From Dirinaria sp. TL-2023a (lineage: Eukaryota): a DNA stretch of 41,668 bases. The DNA lies in contig JAVEBF010000039.1 in NCBI GenBank assembly GCA_051941275.1, forward strand, positions 1 to 41,668, written 5' to 3'. Below, in pieces: positions 23,030 through 35,362 of this stretch (position 1 is the first letter of the stretch; every line of letters starts with the position of its first letter). The translations under genes and the position numbers were made by a program. The notes under the pieces were generated by a model that saw nothing but the letters and a program-made list of their open reading frames with translations, was not told the origin of the DNA and ran no database searches.

Positions 23030-25300
23030 ATCGCAGGACCGTATCTCTAATATTATGCCAGAGGTCCAGGAAATGTTCCAGCTTTTGGTTGAGTTGAATG
23101 AGGTAAAGACCGCCTCACGTTGTTGGTCTCTTCATCAAGGCGTTGACTTTGCGGTATGTGTACTTTGTGTGTCTCTTAAATAGACTTTTTTTCGATTCTA
23201 CGAGCGAATGTCGAAGATTGTCAGATTTATTCCTCTCTGACTCAGAAAAAAAGAGTTGCTTGACCTCAACAAGTATTGCGAAGCCCATATGGGCTCCTAT
23301 TTTCATAATTCGCCGCATCAAGCAGCTCTTCAAACTGGAATCACACTACTGACCGCAGCTTTCGATTTCTCTTCTGCGATCCTGAAAGTAGAATGTCTCT
23401 TCAGCCTGACTGTTGTTTTATTGAATCAGCTTGTTTTTAGGAACAACTTCCTAAACTTGTGCGTCTCTTCTAAGAAGTCGGATTGGCTCTTGAAATTGGC
23501 TCTTGGAATTGGCGTTTCGAATAAATTGACCAATTTCTTTGATGATTTGCCAGATCTTTAGTCGACTCGTAGGATCCTCGTACCTTGAAGTCTTCGTTCT
23601 CATCTAGTGACTTTTGTCTCTTGAAGAACGTCTTGGAGTTCGTTTTTGCTTTGCATTTGGCATAAATAGTATACTGCTTGTAAAGAGTTGTCTCACTCAA
23701 GAACCGTTCATTTTCTCATCTCTAGATCTTTGAAGGTTCTATAATTTTGATGCGTCGCTTGTCAAGAGTTATTTCAATTCTGCAAAGCGGATGTCAAAAT
23801 TTCGAGAGCTGTGACTTTTCAGACATAAATGAAGGGTTTTTCGATCTCTCGAGGACTTTGAAAGCGCTTCATGCTGTTTTTGAAAGACACCGTATCAGAT
23901 ATCTCTTCGAACTGATTTTCAATACTATCTGCGGCTCTGGGTGATCCTCCAATGATTCTGAAAAAGAAATCCTTTTAGAGTCAGTGGTTTTATTGCACTC
24001 GAAGATGCCTCGCTTAGAAGATACTGACCTTCGAACATCCCATAGCTAAATTCTTTTCTCTCTGCGTGGAGTCTTCGTCTTTTGTGCATGCCCACTGTAT
24101 CTTACTGATGGTACTTTTCTTTTTCTTAAAAAGAGAAGATTCTGTTTTTGATCTTTCTTTCGCTCATGTCTCTTCATCTGCCTTCCCCTCATGGAATCCA
24201 ACATCGCGAGCGCTTAAGTTCTTTGGATATCCTGGTGACTTGAAATCTTTTCAGATTGCATAGCTCTTGCTTTTTAGATCTGAACCACCCCACTGGATGA
24301 CTTGTCTCACTCAAGATCGGTTGTTCTTCTCAGATCTAAGAGAAGTCCAGAAAAGGTCCCTGTCTTTTTGCGTCCCTTCTAAGCAGTCATCTCGATATGC
24401 ACCTTGGCTCGGGAGTGACTTGATTATTTCTCCAAGGGGATGTGGGGTCATTGGGATCTGCCACTCTGTTCGATCTGTAGAGTCCTCAAACTCCGGATCC
24501 ACATCATTGCCCTGACCGGGCAACAGACTCTGCGAATAGAGTTTACCACGAGCTCCCTGATAAACTCAGTAATTTCTGAAGTCGATATGGACCACGTACA
24601 GCCCAAAATCTTGCTAGAGTCTTTCTGAACACAGTATAACGTCGTGATACCTGTGACGAAGAGTTGCTGCCGCGTTCTAAAACTTCATCAAAGTCAACGA
24701 CAACAAATCTTAATGAGATGTTTGTCCCTCAGGATAGATGTAAATTTTTCGATCTTCCATTCCAAACGTCACGATAGTTCGTATCTGTCCTCAGAATGCA
24801 GTCGGATACGGAGTTTGGTATGTATCGATCATGATTCTTATTGTATATCGAATCATATATTCTTTGATTCCTGTGACTGATTGGATGCTGAAATCTAGCA
24901 AGAGTGGTTCCGATTCCTTGCATAGAAAGCCGGTGCGAGCTTGGTCAATTTCTCAGAAATCCAGCGAGCAGTCGTTGCTGGGATTGGGACTGTAGATTTC
25001 GTCGTCTTTCAAGAACACGGCTCCACGACTCGAGCCACCACGACCTCGAATGCTGCCATCACCGCGTCCGCGTCCGCTCCGCCCGCCACCTGGGCAAGCC
25101 CGAGATTATGGATGGCGGACCGAGCATCGCGGGCAGACCGACCAGCAACCTGAGTCTCAGTAATATCTAAGGTATCTTGACCAGTCTCTCGGCGGTGTAC
25201 CGAGCCACTTCATTATTCTTCTCAGAGTAGCTTGAGCGGCAGTGATACACCGGGTGGCACTCACCCTGGCCCTTCATGGGTGCCAAGGTGCAAAGTACCA
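23030..25300 (-). pseudogene. Pseudogene of an unknown ~700 aa protein with N-terminal CCHC-like knuckle and RGG box
   Basis: One frame, including ORF 24311-24523, reads CPRCSVRHP*SRACPGGGRSGRGRGDGSIRGRGGSSRG and continues about 2 kb with isolated, mostly TGA, stops. Possible intron GTGAGT...ACTGAG...CAG at about 25264-25151. Confidence 0.6.
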
Positions 25301-25699
25301 ATGCAGAAAGGCAGAGCTGTAGGCCATTGTGGGCGGGTCGATCAGGAGATGAGACTTCCCGAATACTGTTGCTGTCCGGGAGCGCCGACGCTTGAGCAGG
25401 GTTTGGCCGCGAAGAAACGTGTATTTCTCGGTTTTCCAGCCTGTTGAGGCTATGTTCCAAGTCAGTCAGGTGTCTCTCACTAGAGGTGTGCGTGAGCATA
25501 TATCCAAAGAGAGAGGTCAGGCAAGGTGCAGGTAGAGCTACTAGGCACAACCAAAAGGATTGCGCTTGCTCAGCAACTCTCTGCACATGTGGCCCGGGGC
25601 AAGAGTTGCAAGAGGCATGAAAGGCAGACGTCGAAAGCATGCTGGTAGAAGAGTATACTTACCTCGCTTCTTGAGGCCGGGTAGCCTCTAGCAAGCCAC

Positions 25700-26790
25700 G
25701 ATCAACCGTACTTGAGAACTGGTGATAGCAAGGTCAGCTGCTCCTGCACAGTAAACTTTGGGAAATGCAGTGGGAATAACTGTTCTAGACTACTGCAGAG
25801 CAGTCTATGATGAGGTGGTTGATGAGGCCAAAGGCCTTGCTGTGACCTGAGCCTCGACTGGTTGTGGGCCGCAATCACCGCGCCACGATCACAGGGATCC
25901 CAATATGTAGCAATCTGAGAGCTGTGCATCTGCGACGAGCGCTGATGGCGGTGGTCCAAAGGAGATGGTACTGATAGTGATGGTGATGATAGAGATGGGG
26001 TAGATGATGGTGAGGGTGAGGGTGATGCTGGAGATGGAGGATATGAGGATAATGGTAAAGGAAATACCTAGTGTTAATTGTAAGAGCAACAGCAGGAGGA
26101 GGGTGGTGGGGACCAGGTTCTGGAGCTCTTCCCCGAATGGCTAGTCTGCGTGACAATAATGTGCAATGAGCAATGCTGTTGGCTGCCCTGATCCTTTTTA
26201 GAGCGCCGAGCTTTGCATTAAAAGCGGGCCTGAGGAAATCGGTGGTTGCCTGACCGATGTTTCCAATCGGGCCGCAAGCAAAGATGGACTCTGATTGGGT
26301 CTGGACCAATGTGGTGAACCACTGGAGTGTGGTAGGGGCTTTTGGTAGAAGCTTTTCAGGAGAATTATATAGATATGCATGAAAGATTGTGAACCCATTC
26401 TTGTAAAGTGTACGGTAGGGGCCACAGGCCAAAGCTCCTTTGTCTTGACCAGTGCATTCTGAACCAGCTCATGCTCTTTGGTGATACTATTCCTTTGTCG
26501 ATCTCCATCTCGTTCAACTGATCTTTAGTAATTGAGTAGGGCATCGATGCTTGTTAGCAGTAGATCATTGCTTGGGTATATCTGGAAAGCAAGGATCCAT
26601 TCTTTCTATAGCAGTGGAAATTTTCAATGTTCAGCACTATTATTCTCCTCCCTATCCAAGGTCAGGGGCATAGTGCTAACCGCCGCGCTTAGGCAATGGC
26701 TAATCAGGCCCCGGAATGATGGATTTTGTAGCTATGGGCCAGCCGATGGTCCTGGCTTGAGGATAGAGAAACATGCTAGTCATGATCACT
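25700..26790 (+). pseudogene. Pseudogene with an acidic D/G/E-rich tract, divergent from the minus-strand cluster
   Basis: Plus-strand frames read as protein if TGA is read as CGA and TAR as CAR (LGNAVGITVLDYCRAVYDEVVDEAKGLAV; DGTDSDGDDRDGVDDGEGEGD; DSDWVWTNVVNHWSVVGAFG). Branch/acceptor GCTAAC...TTAG near 26675-26691. Confidence 0.45.
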
Positions 26791-27678
26791 AGTGCTTCTA
26801 GTATGCAGGTCTAGTCAATACGATTAAGGTTCCTTGACATGTAAATTGCAAACAAAATACCGAGAAGTTGGTTTTGAGCAACGGCTAGTCAAGCATGATG
26901 CAACAATGCAGGAGAAAATCTGTATTGATTTGCTAATATTCTAATGACTGGTCCCAATGTATAAGTATAAGCCTTGAACACAAAACGATATATCAAGTGT
27001 GAACCATAAGATGATTGGAAGCGCAGGCAGCGCAAATTGACTCAGCGCTAGATGGCCATAGATCTCAATGTATGATTAAACCATTGTGACATGTAGGTGT
27101 AGAACCGCAATATATAACGACGTATAGTAATGCCAGTGGCAGGCCCTTCTGTGAGGAAAGTTGTGAGGCATAGGTCAGGATACAACAAGTATTAGATGCA
27201 CAGATGTGCGTTAATGATGAACCACTAGAGAACGAATGATGAGCCATGTGTACGCATCCCTTCGTGTTCTATTCTGGCTAGGCACTTGGTATCTCGAACG
27301 ACTTCCGGATTGGATGCATCATGTATACATCAACCAGTATCAGGGATAGTGTAGTTTCAGGGTGCTCATTAGGAACAGCAGGTACATTGTGCATAGGGAA
27401 AGGATTGGGCGCAGATCAAGATATACATGAGAGCTTGTGGAATGGAAGGCATTCGATAGACAGTGAGGACAGAACAAATAATTTGAAAGTTTAAGTTCCC
27501 TCAAACTGAAGAGCGTTTAAATAGGGAGAATGTGACGATGTTGATCTGGGTGAAATGAGCCCACTCGTAGATTCATCCAAAGTGAGAGGAATCACCTATC
27601 TACCAAGCGTTGTGAACATTGAGGGTATCTCACAAGAAAATGAAAAGAAACAACACTGACTTCACTTCCCAACAGAAC

Positions 27679-30600
27679 TTATCTCACCGCTTTCACCATT
27701 CCTTCCACTTCCTCCCAGTCATCTGGCCTAACGATCGTCACCTGTTGAGGCCGATCTTTGGTGAATGTCTCCATGTCAGGCAAAGTTATCTTCATGTCCG
27801 CCAACACATCTCCTGGTATCTTGGATGACGCTTCTCTCTTCACAGCGGTTCCTCTCCTGACTGCCCTCCTACTTACACTGTCCTTCCACTCTCTCCATCC
27901 TTCCCAATCTTCCTTCATCCTGTTTAGCTGCCAGCTCGCTGTCTCCTTCACGGGCCGCCACTTGAAGCGCTCTTCTTTCTTGACGTTGTTAAGCTTCACC
28001 ATTTGATTCCCTGGTTTAGCTACGAGTTGAATCATCTCCTTGAGGACATCTCGAGTCTCGCTCTGAAGTAGAGTCCGTGAAGCCGGAGTTGGTGGGGTGA
28101 GAGGCTCAGAAAGGAAGGAGAGAGACGAATCAAGGTACTGAGAATGATTTTGACGACGGAGATGGCGGATGGTTGACTCCAAAGTTGATATTTGGGATCG
28201 AAGATGATGAATCTGAGCGAGAGTAGTTGCTGAAGGCGCTGCATCGGCAAGATTTGGGGTGCCACCATTGACAGCTGCAGCCGGTGCGGTCATTGAGGAC
28301 TTCTTCAACGCATCTCTTTCATTTTCCAGTTTTCTGAGATCTTGTTGTAGGCTCTTCATCTTAGTAGTTAAGTCTTTCTCCTTGGACCTGCTGGCTTCGG
28401 CTACAAGCTCAAGCTCTCGAACCTGTTCCCTACGACTGCTGGATTCGCCAACACGCTTCTCGAGGACTTCAATTTTAACGCTCATGTCTTCTGCAATCTT
28501 TTCCCGCATCGCTAGAGCTGTGTTCTTATCAGACATCTCAACCTTCAGCCTTGCAAACTCCGCTTCCCGCAAAGTAGAGGCGGCAGCATCGTCCTTCAAT
28601 TTCTGTGCCAGCAGCTGCCATGGCGGGGCAGCTGGCGGCGACGGGAACTCGACCACCTGAGTGAGACTGCTAGTGAGATTACAGAATGATTGGGCTTGAG
28701 ATGCAGCTGATGTTAGCTTCGTTAATAAGGATGAAAAAGGGCTAGTATCCGAGGGTGAGATAGCGTTGATTATCTCGGCATAACGGAAAGGTGTCGTGCG
28801 TCCTTCGTCATTCAAAAGCTTGCATACTGAGTATCCAATAGCTCGGCTTGACTCGGACAGGTCAGATGCAGACGCCTGTGTCTGCTCTATGACGGGTAAG
28901 GTTGTTTGTTGCAAGGTAAGAGACCGCAACCGCAGATCCTCAAGATTGCGTGTGACTTTGCTGCTCACGAATTTGGCACTACGCATTTGCGAGATTAAGT
29001 CGTCTGCTTTTGCCAGGAAGCTCGGTATACTCTCATCGTCTTCCTCACGTTCCGGGGTTATTGCCGAACTCTTCTGCTGAACCATAGATTTTATTTGCGA
29101 TATACCTGCCGATGCGCTCTGAAAATGACTTTCTAGCATCAAAGCTCGCGTGTGCAGTTCCCGTGAGTATTGTTCTAATCCCCCATCAAGGTGGATCTCC
29201 GCAAGGTGGGTCATCAGAGCAATGGAACGCTGGAGTTCATTAGCGCATTGCTTTTCTTTGAACTCGTCCTTCTTTAGGCCCTCGATCCACGCCGTAAAGC
29301 TGCGCTCCACTGGCTCGAGATCAAACAAGGCCGTTGCAAGCTTTTCAAAGGCTTGGAGAGAGCAAGTCTGTACGAAGCTGACGAATCTATCGCACATACT
29401 CGAGACCCATGTAAGCTTGTCTAAAAGGTCACAGCAGGCGAACATATCATCCTCATGGCCAGGGGTTGTGGGACCGCTGAGCTTCTCTCTGACGAAACCG
29501 TGCATAAGTGTTGCTTTGAAGCCTATCCGCCTGAATCGAAGGTATGCAAGGATTGAATTTTTCTCTGTACCGAAGGTCTCGGGTAAAAAGCGCTGTATGA
29601 TTGCCAAGTGCTCTGCAGACTCCTGAGCTTCCATCTTGCCTAATTCCGTTTCAACCGCCTTGGTCTGGGCCTTGGAAGCTGAGACCTGTAGCTTCATATT
29701 CAAATCCATCATAGCTTTTGAACGATTGGTGAGCTCATTCGCCTCGTTTTCCGTTATTTCTTGCGAAACCCTCATATCCTCGAGATCGCTTTGCATTGTC
29801 GTCACCAGATCGCGGAAGCGCACGATCGTGTATTCTAGATCCTGTATAGTCTTCTCCTGTGTGGTAGACTTTCGTTTCTGTTCCGCAAGTACAGACTCGC
29901 CATAATCAATATCATCTTGCATCTGCCTCTCGGTCTCCGTATGATTCATTTCGAGTTCGTCGTTGATCTCTTTCAGGCTTTCCAGGTCTTCAACTGCTAT
30001 CTTCAGATCATCAATTTGCTGATTCAAGGCCATATTCTTATCAGTCAGCTCTTCGATCATCTCTTCTGCGCCAAGTGCAGTGTCCAATTGCTGCCTAAGA
30101 TCTTGGATGATTGTCTCAGAATTCGCTAGATTTTCTTTAAGGCCCACACATTCTTCCTTCGTCCCCGACAGGTTTTGCGTATCTTTCTGAAGCTCTGCGA
30201 CTTGGTTTCTGAGATCTGCTTCCTGCTGCTGAGTGATATCTCTCAGCCGCAATAGAGCTTCTCGTAACCGCTCATTGCTCCTTTCCATCTGCAACCAACC
30301 CTGGCTAGTCTTCTCTTCCGGGCTCATCTCCTTACCAAGCTCCTGGTTCTCCTCTCGAAGTACTTCAACTTCAAGTGTGATCTCTTCGTGTGCCTGCCGT
30401 AGGGCGTTTAATTCTGTCCGCAGAGCTTCTGCCGTCTCTTCCGCCATCTCTCTATCAAGCGTTGCCATTTCGATTACGGTGTCATGCTCCGCTTGTTCGG
30501 TTTCAACGGCAAGTACTCTCGCTTCCTCTTCTTTAATCTGCTTCTTGAGCTCGGCTATCTCCTGCTGTTGTGGTTGGTATTTCGCCTGGAGCTTTTGTAT

Positions 30601-31724
30601 GATACCCTGTAATCTGTCGCGCTCCCCCTGCACTGTCTCCAAAGTCTTGAGCTTTTCTCTATCCTCCACGCGCTTTTTCTCCATGACCCGCAGCTTTGTC
30701 TTAAGATCGTCCACCTCCCGAGTACTAATAGCAGGCACACGCGACGAGCGTTTCGGTGGTGATCGACCGTACGAGTTAGCAAACGTATTTGAACCTTCCG
30801 CAGCACTTCCAGCGCTGGTCGCAGAGGCATTTGATACCGAAGCAGTAAGAGGGACCGTCGTCTCTTCCTCTCCGAGTTCGGTCGCGGACGGGGAGAGCAT
30901 TCCTTCGCCAACAGTTTCTGGAGGGGATATGCGTCCAGTAGCACTCGTCTGACTTACCCCACCAACCGAGCTCAGTCGCTTTTTTGGGGTGGGTTGAATG
31001 GACATTCTATTAGGCAGTCCTCGTGAGCTGGCTGCAGAGCCATTGCTAGGTGGCTTCACAGCATCATTGGTGTTTCCAGTAATGGAGGGTCTTGATGCTT
31101 TGGTAGCGGGTGCTGAAGGTGGGGCCATTGACAGCCTGCTGGTTCTGTTCCCTGCACTGGGTGGTTTCGGAGCATTTGAAGGGGTTGTGGTTCGAGAGGT
31201 AGACCGTGACGAGCTAGTCGAGCCGAGCTGTTTAATTGGGGATGTGCTGGGAGACTATTCCAGTCAGACCAAGTGTGCAATTCAATATAGGCCGTGGGAC
31301 ATACCGCCAATTTTGAGCCCAAGGGCACCTTTCCCCTGGGGGTTGGACTGCTTGCATTGATACTTTGTCTCTTCAGAGCAGCCGGATCTGCCACGCTTTG
31401 CCTTCTTGCGCCTGCTGAGACCATGCTCTGGCGAGCCTTCACCGTCGTACCATTAGGGCGCGGTGGTATATTCTTTGGTTTTGGCGTTGATTGCTCCAGA
31501 GCTTTCGCAGCCGCCGGTTTGATGAACATGCCATGCCCAGGTTCGCATGTAAAATATCGCTGGCCTTGCACAGAGCCGTCATTCTTTCCACTTGCATCCT
31601 CAAGCTCCACTCCAACCCAATCACCGGCGGCGAATTGTGTGCTACCGATGTAGTGTACGATTGCGGTCCGGCCGTCCGAAAGCTCTACTGCCTGGCCGAC
31701 CTGGAAGTCGGAGAGCTGGCCCAT
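27679..31724 (-). CDS. nudM: Dynactin p150Glued subunit (NudM/RO-3/Nip100 family); exons 31724-31305 and 31254-27679
   Basis: CAP-Gly domain with GKNDGSVQG (WVGVELEDASGKNDGSVQGQRYFTC), basic Ser/Pro linker, long coiled coil (EMATLDREMAEE, NERLREALLRLRD) and dynactin domain. Intron 31304-31255 GTATGT...TAG is in frame. Confidence 0.95.
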
Positions 31725-32586
31725 GGTCTTGCGGACACATGGTTCGATCTTCTCAACCTTCAAGGGTCATAAGCGCCAGAATAGGGATTGGGTTGGTGCA
31801 CATGTCGCGGAATACGCGTTTGTTGAAAGAATGTGTGGGTAGGACATGAGTCCTCTGCCTAATAGACACGGTCCACGTCATTTGTGCTGTATCTAAGGTA
31901 TATGTCCTTTATCTACGTACTCCTTACCACCAACCTGGGCAATTCATAGTATTACAACTTTAACGACATGACTAGTCGACAGGGATTTTTTGGATAGATG
32001 TGTTGTCTTTGAAACATTTTTCAGCTTGTCACGAGAACAGCCAACATCACCTTGTGTGGAAAGGTTAGACACCTGCCCGCCCGCCCTCGCAGTCTTAGAT
32101 TTCTTCTCCCAATGCCTCCATTCAACCTACATGACCCTTATTCCCTTCGACATGCACACGCTTTCACTTCTCTGTGTACGGCATAGATCTGCCTTCCTTG
32201 TCCGGCAAATGCCAGTGTACCGTACCCAAGATCTTCTGGTCTGGGCGTTAGAGAGTCACATAGCTTGGCGTTTACATGTTCACCAGCTATCTAAAACGAC
32301 GGCGAATATGAGGGAAAGAGGCTGGTCCAACACTTGGGAATCACTTCGTAAGCTATTTATCCTGAAAGTCCATCGGAAAGCCTTGTAGATATCCAAGTTG
32401 TGGCCTGTATTTCGATATCGACATTAACCTATATGCAAGCTCGCTCGCATATTGCTTGCAAATTGACCAGCTGAAAAAGACCGTCGTGAAAGCCGCTAGA
32501 GGTTTTCATCAATCCCATGGGTATAGGAACTACCAATGCCTCGAAACTCCAGCTGCAGCAATACTGTATGAGTAGGAAGGTCCACG

Positions 32587-35362
32587 TCACTTGTTTTTGC
32601 CAGACTTACTCCGGAACCAGCCCCGGTTCTCTACTTTTTCCGCCGAACCAGCTGCAGCATGATTAGCATCAGGAACAGCAGGCCCGGGCAAGTTCCCCCT
32701 CTTGCGGTCCCGATAAGTAGGCTTCTTTACACTTTGTCCAGCAGCTGCTGCACTGTTCTCCCTCTTCAACCTCTTCTTCTGTTTCTGTAACAATGCAATG
32801 ATCTCTGGACTTTTACGTTCCGCACGGTTCGCTGCCGTCAACGCATCTTCACCATGTTGATTCATCGCAGCGATGTCCGCGCTCTGTTCGAGGAGCAATT
32901 GCACCATGGATGTGCGCCGGCATTCAATAGCCGTGTGCAATGGCGTACGTTCTGCGATGTCGCGAGCTTCGATATCGGCATCTTTGCTGAGAAGAAAATT
33001 TACTGTAGCTGCATTATCCTTGGCGATAGCATAATGAAGTGGTGTTTTCCGGTAGTTGCACCTGGCGTTGACTTCGGCTTCGTGTTCCAGAAGGCGGGGG
33101 AGGATAGGATGGACTGATTCGGAGCTACCAATATTGACTAGGGCGCGGTGAAGAGGTCCCCAGCCGAAGCAATCTTGAGCACGTATATTGGCACGGCGCA
33201 GTAATAGCAAGTCGACAGTTTCAAAGCCAAGATTTTCGCAGGCGCACAATAAGGGCGTTTTTTTGTCAGGACTTTTTGCTTCAATGTCGGCTTCACGGTC
33301 AAGAAGCAGGCCAACGGCGGCTTTGTTGTCTTTGACCGCTGCGCGAAGAAGCGGCGTCCATACTTTGTCAGAAGCAGCGTCGGCTTCACGGTCAAGCTCC
33401 TCGAATGAATTTGCCCTGAGCCTCGCTCTAGCGCTCTTGGGCGGAACAAATTCCAAAGGGCTCTCAAACTCAACGTCGGCGCCGTGGTCCAGCAATAGCC
33501 GCATCATGGTTGTGTTACCCAATTCAGTTGCTCTGTGAAGCGGTGTCCATCCTGATGTGGCTCTATCCACCTGGGCATTGTGATCGAGGAGAATCTGGAC
33601 TACGTTTGGGAATCCTTGTGTGACAGCGTGCATCAGGGGATTTATCGTATCCACGCAGGGAGTCTCGACGTTGGCTCCTCTTTTAAGAAGCAGCTTTACG
33701 TATTCCTCGTCCCCTTTGTAAATGGCATCTATTAGCATTGTTCTCCCTGACTCAACTGTGGCATTGATCCCAGAGTCGTTGACCCAAACGTCAGGGGCCC
33801 ATCGCACGCGATTCGTGTTATGGCGGGGAGTTCCCCCTTGATAGCCCGACGGTAATTGGTTCTGCGCTGCTGTGTGTGCCAAAGGTATCTGTGGGGGGCT
33901 AGGAGTCCTTGGTCGAGGAGCCACCCTTAGGGCAGACTTGGGTGGCGGTGGCGGATGGCTACTGCAACAATAGATGTCCCTGAGTGCGTTCGCTGTTGCG
34001 TCGCCTTCTTCTTGTTTCTCATATATGTCAATGACTAAAACAGCTGCCTCGTGCGTCAAGCCATGATTCCGCCCATAGTGCTCCTCTCGGCCAGCTAGAG
34101 ATCGTTTGGCAAACTTTAAAGCCGTGTCTAACCTCTGTTGTCCGAAGTAAGCCATTGCGAGAAAGAAGTAGAGCCTAGATTTTCGATCTGCATCTAATGA
34201 GCTGTCTTGCAGAAGCTGGCCAAGAATCTTTTTAGCTTCGCGGAATCTTTGCTGATTCAGATAGATCTCGGCCAGTTTTTCATTCAATTCACTGCGGCTG
34301 TCAAATGGAATCCCAAGTATTTTCTCCCTGTCAGCCAGATGTTTCCAAAGCGTCCGGTAGGTGTTTTCTGCGAGGTTGTACTCTTGAGTATCTGTGTTCC
34401 TCTGAAGCTCCTGCTGCAGGTTCGCAATCATACTCGAATAAATTTCGGGCGTGAAACCAGCCCCAAGATCGGGCTCTGGGTCAACAATGGATTCAACTTC
34501 AGAGCCGTCACTAAGACGGTCGTCTGTTCTACTATCAGGTTGTGAAGCAGTTAAGGAAGAGCCGTTCTTCCTCAAAGGTAGTTGCGTGGTCCAAGGCGAT
34601 GATCCATTTGTCCACGGGTCTGGTTGAGTTTCTGTGTGATGATGCTGTATTGAAGATAGAGATATCTCGCCGTCGCCATTGACTTGGGTTGTCGTGGCTC
34701 TCATGATCTCTTCAGCCGAGCGGACACAATGCTCAACGTCCCTCAGCAGACCTCTCTCCTCCACACTGTCTTCTCGATCATCTCCGCTGAGGAACTCTTT
34801 CCGCTGCGCTACGGATTTACTGAGTGCTTGTGTAGCCTCAGACAGCTTCCTCCAATCAAAGGGGTTACTATCCTGCGGTACATAGCTCTTCCAGCGATGG
34901 AAGCTTTCAAAAGTTGCTCCGTTAGTGCACTGTGCCAGACCCCATGCAACAGGGAGAACCAGCTTACAGATTGATGCTCATCAGGGACATCTCAAAGGTG
35001 CGGGTGTAGAAGCCAATGTGCACTCTTGGCACTGCAAAGGTCAAGTCTCGTGACTCTTCCTGGTCACTTCCCTGGATCAAGTACTGTTCCAGATGGAAAA
35101 GGGTTCGATGGCATCTACGTAAAAGTCGATCCACGTCTTGCAGATGAACTTCCTCTCGCTCCAATCTACTACGGGATCCAGCGGACAGAACCTTTTCAAT
35201 CAATTCCAGATACGTATGGAGTTTCTGCACCTGATGTTGGAGGAGATCGATCTGACACCCTTGCGGGGTCTGGTGCAGTCTCATATAGTTGGCGATAATG
35301 GTCCTTATCGAGGCACACAGAGCAGCCACTTGCGCTCCGTGGCTGTCGGAAGGCGATTGCAT
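32587..35362 (-). CDS. Protein with helical N-terminus, TPR-like repeats, Pro-rich linker and about 9 ankyrin repeats; exons 35362-34968 and 34903-32587
   Basis: Intron 34967-34904 (GTAAGC...ACTAAC...AAG) joins ORFs 34964-35362 and 32587-34764 in frame. TPR-like KLAEIYLNQQRFREAKKIL and FLAMAYFGQQRLDTALKFAKRSL; ankyrins SGWTPLHRA, RKTPLHYA, ERTPLHTA. Confidence 0.88.

Larger units (their letters stand above)
14590..27400. mobile_element. Degenerate (RIP-like mutated) accessory island, possibly a relic large element carrying several pseudogenes; boundaries approximate
   Basis: About 13 kb with no intact gene between two intact genes. Long frames are broken by scattered stops, TC/GA is strongly enriched with CC/GG loss, and there are several internal duplications. 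I recognised no transposase, RT, tyrosine recombinase or terminal repeats, so mobile origin is an inference. Confidence 0.45.

Noticed and set aside
23030..25300. Starship captain (DUF3435) or Argonaute identity for the RGG pseudogene
   Set aside because: No tyrosine-recombinase or PAZ/PIWI motifs were found in manual translation.
25875..26432. His-rich 185-aa minus-strand ORF
   Set aside because: Best explained as the antisense shadow of a plus-strand GAT/GGT-rich acidic tract in a pseudogene; it has no ATG start.
28259..31360. Long plus-strand ORFs (e.g. 30233-30952)
   Set aside because: Antisense shadows of the dynactin coiled-coil coding sequence.
31990..32388. 132-aa plus-strand ORF upstream of dynactin
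   Set aside because: Non-ATG start, no recognisable motifs, intergenic composition.
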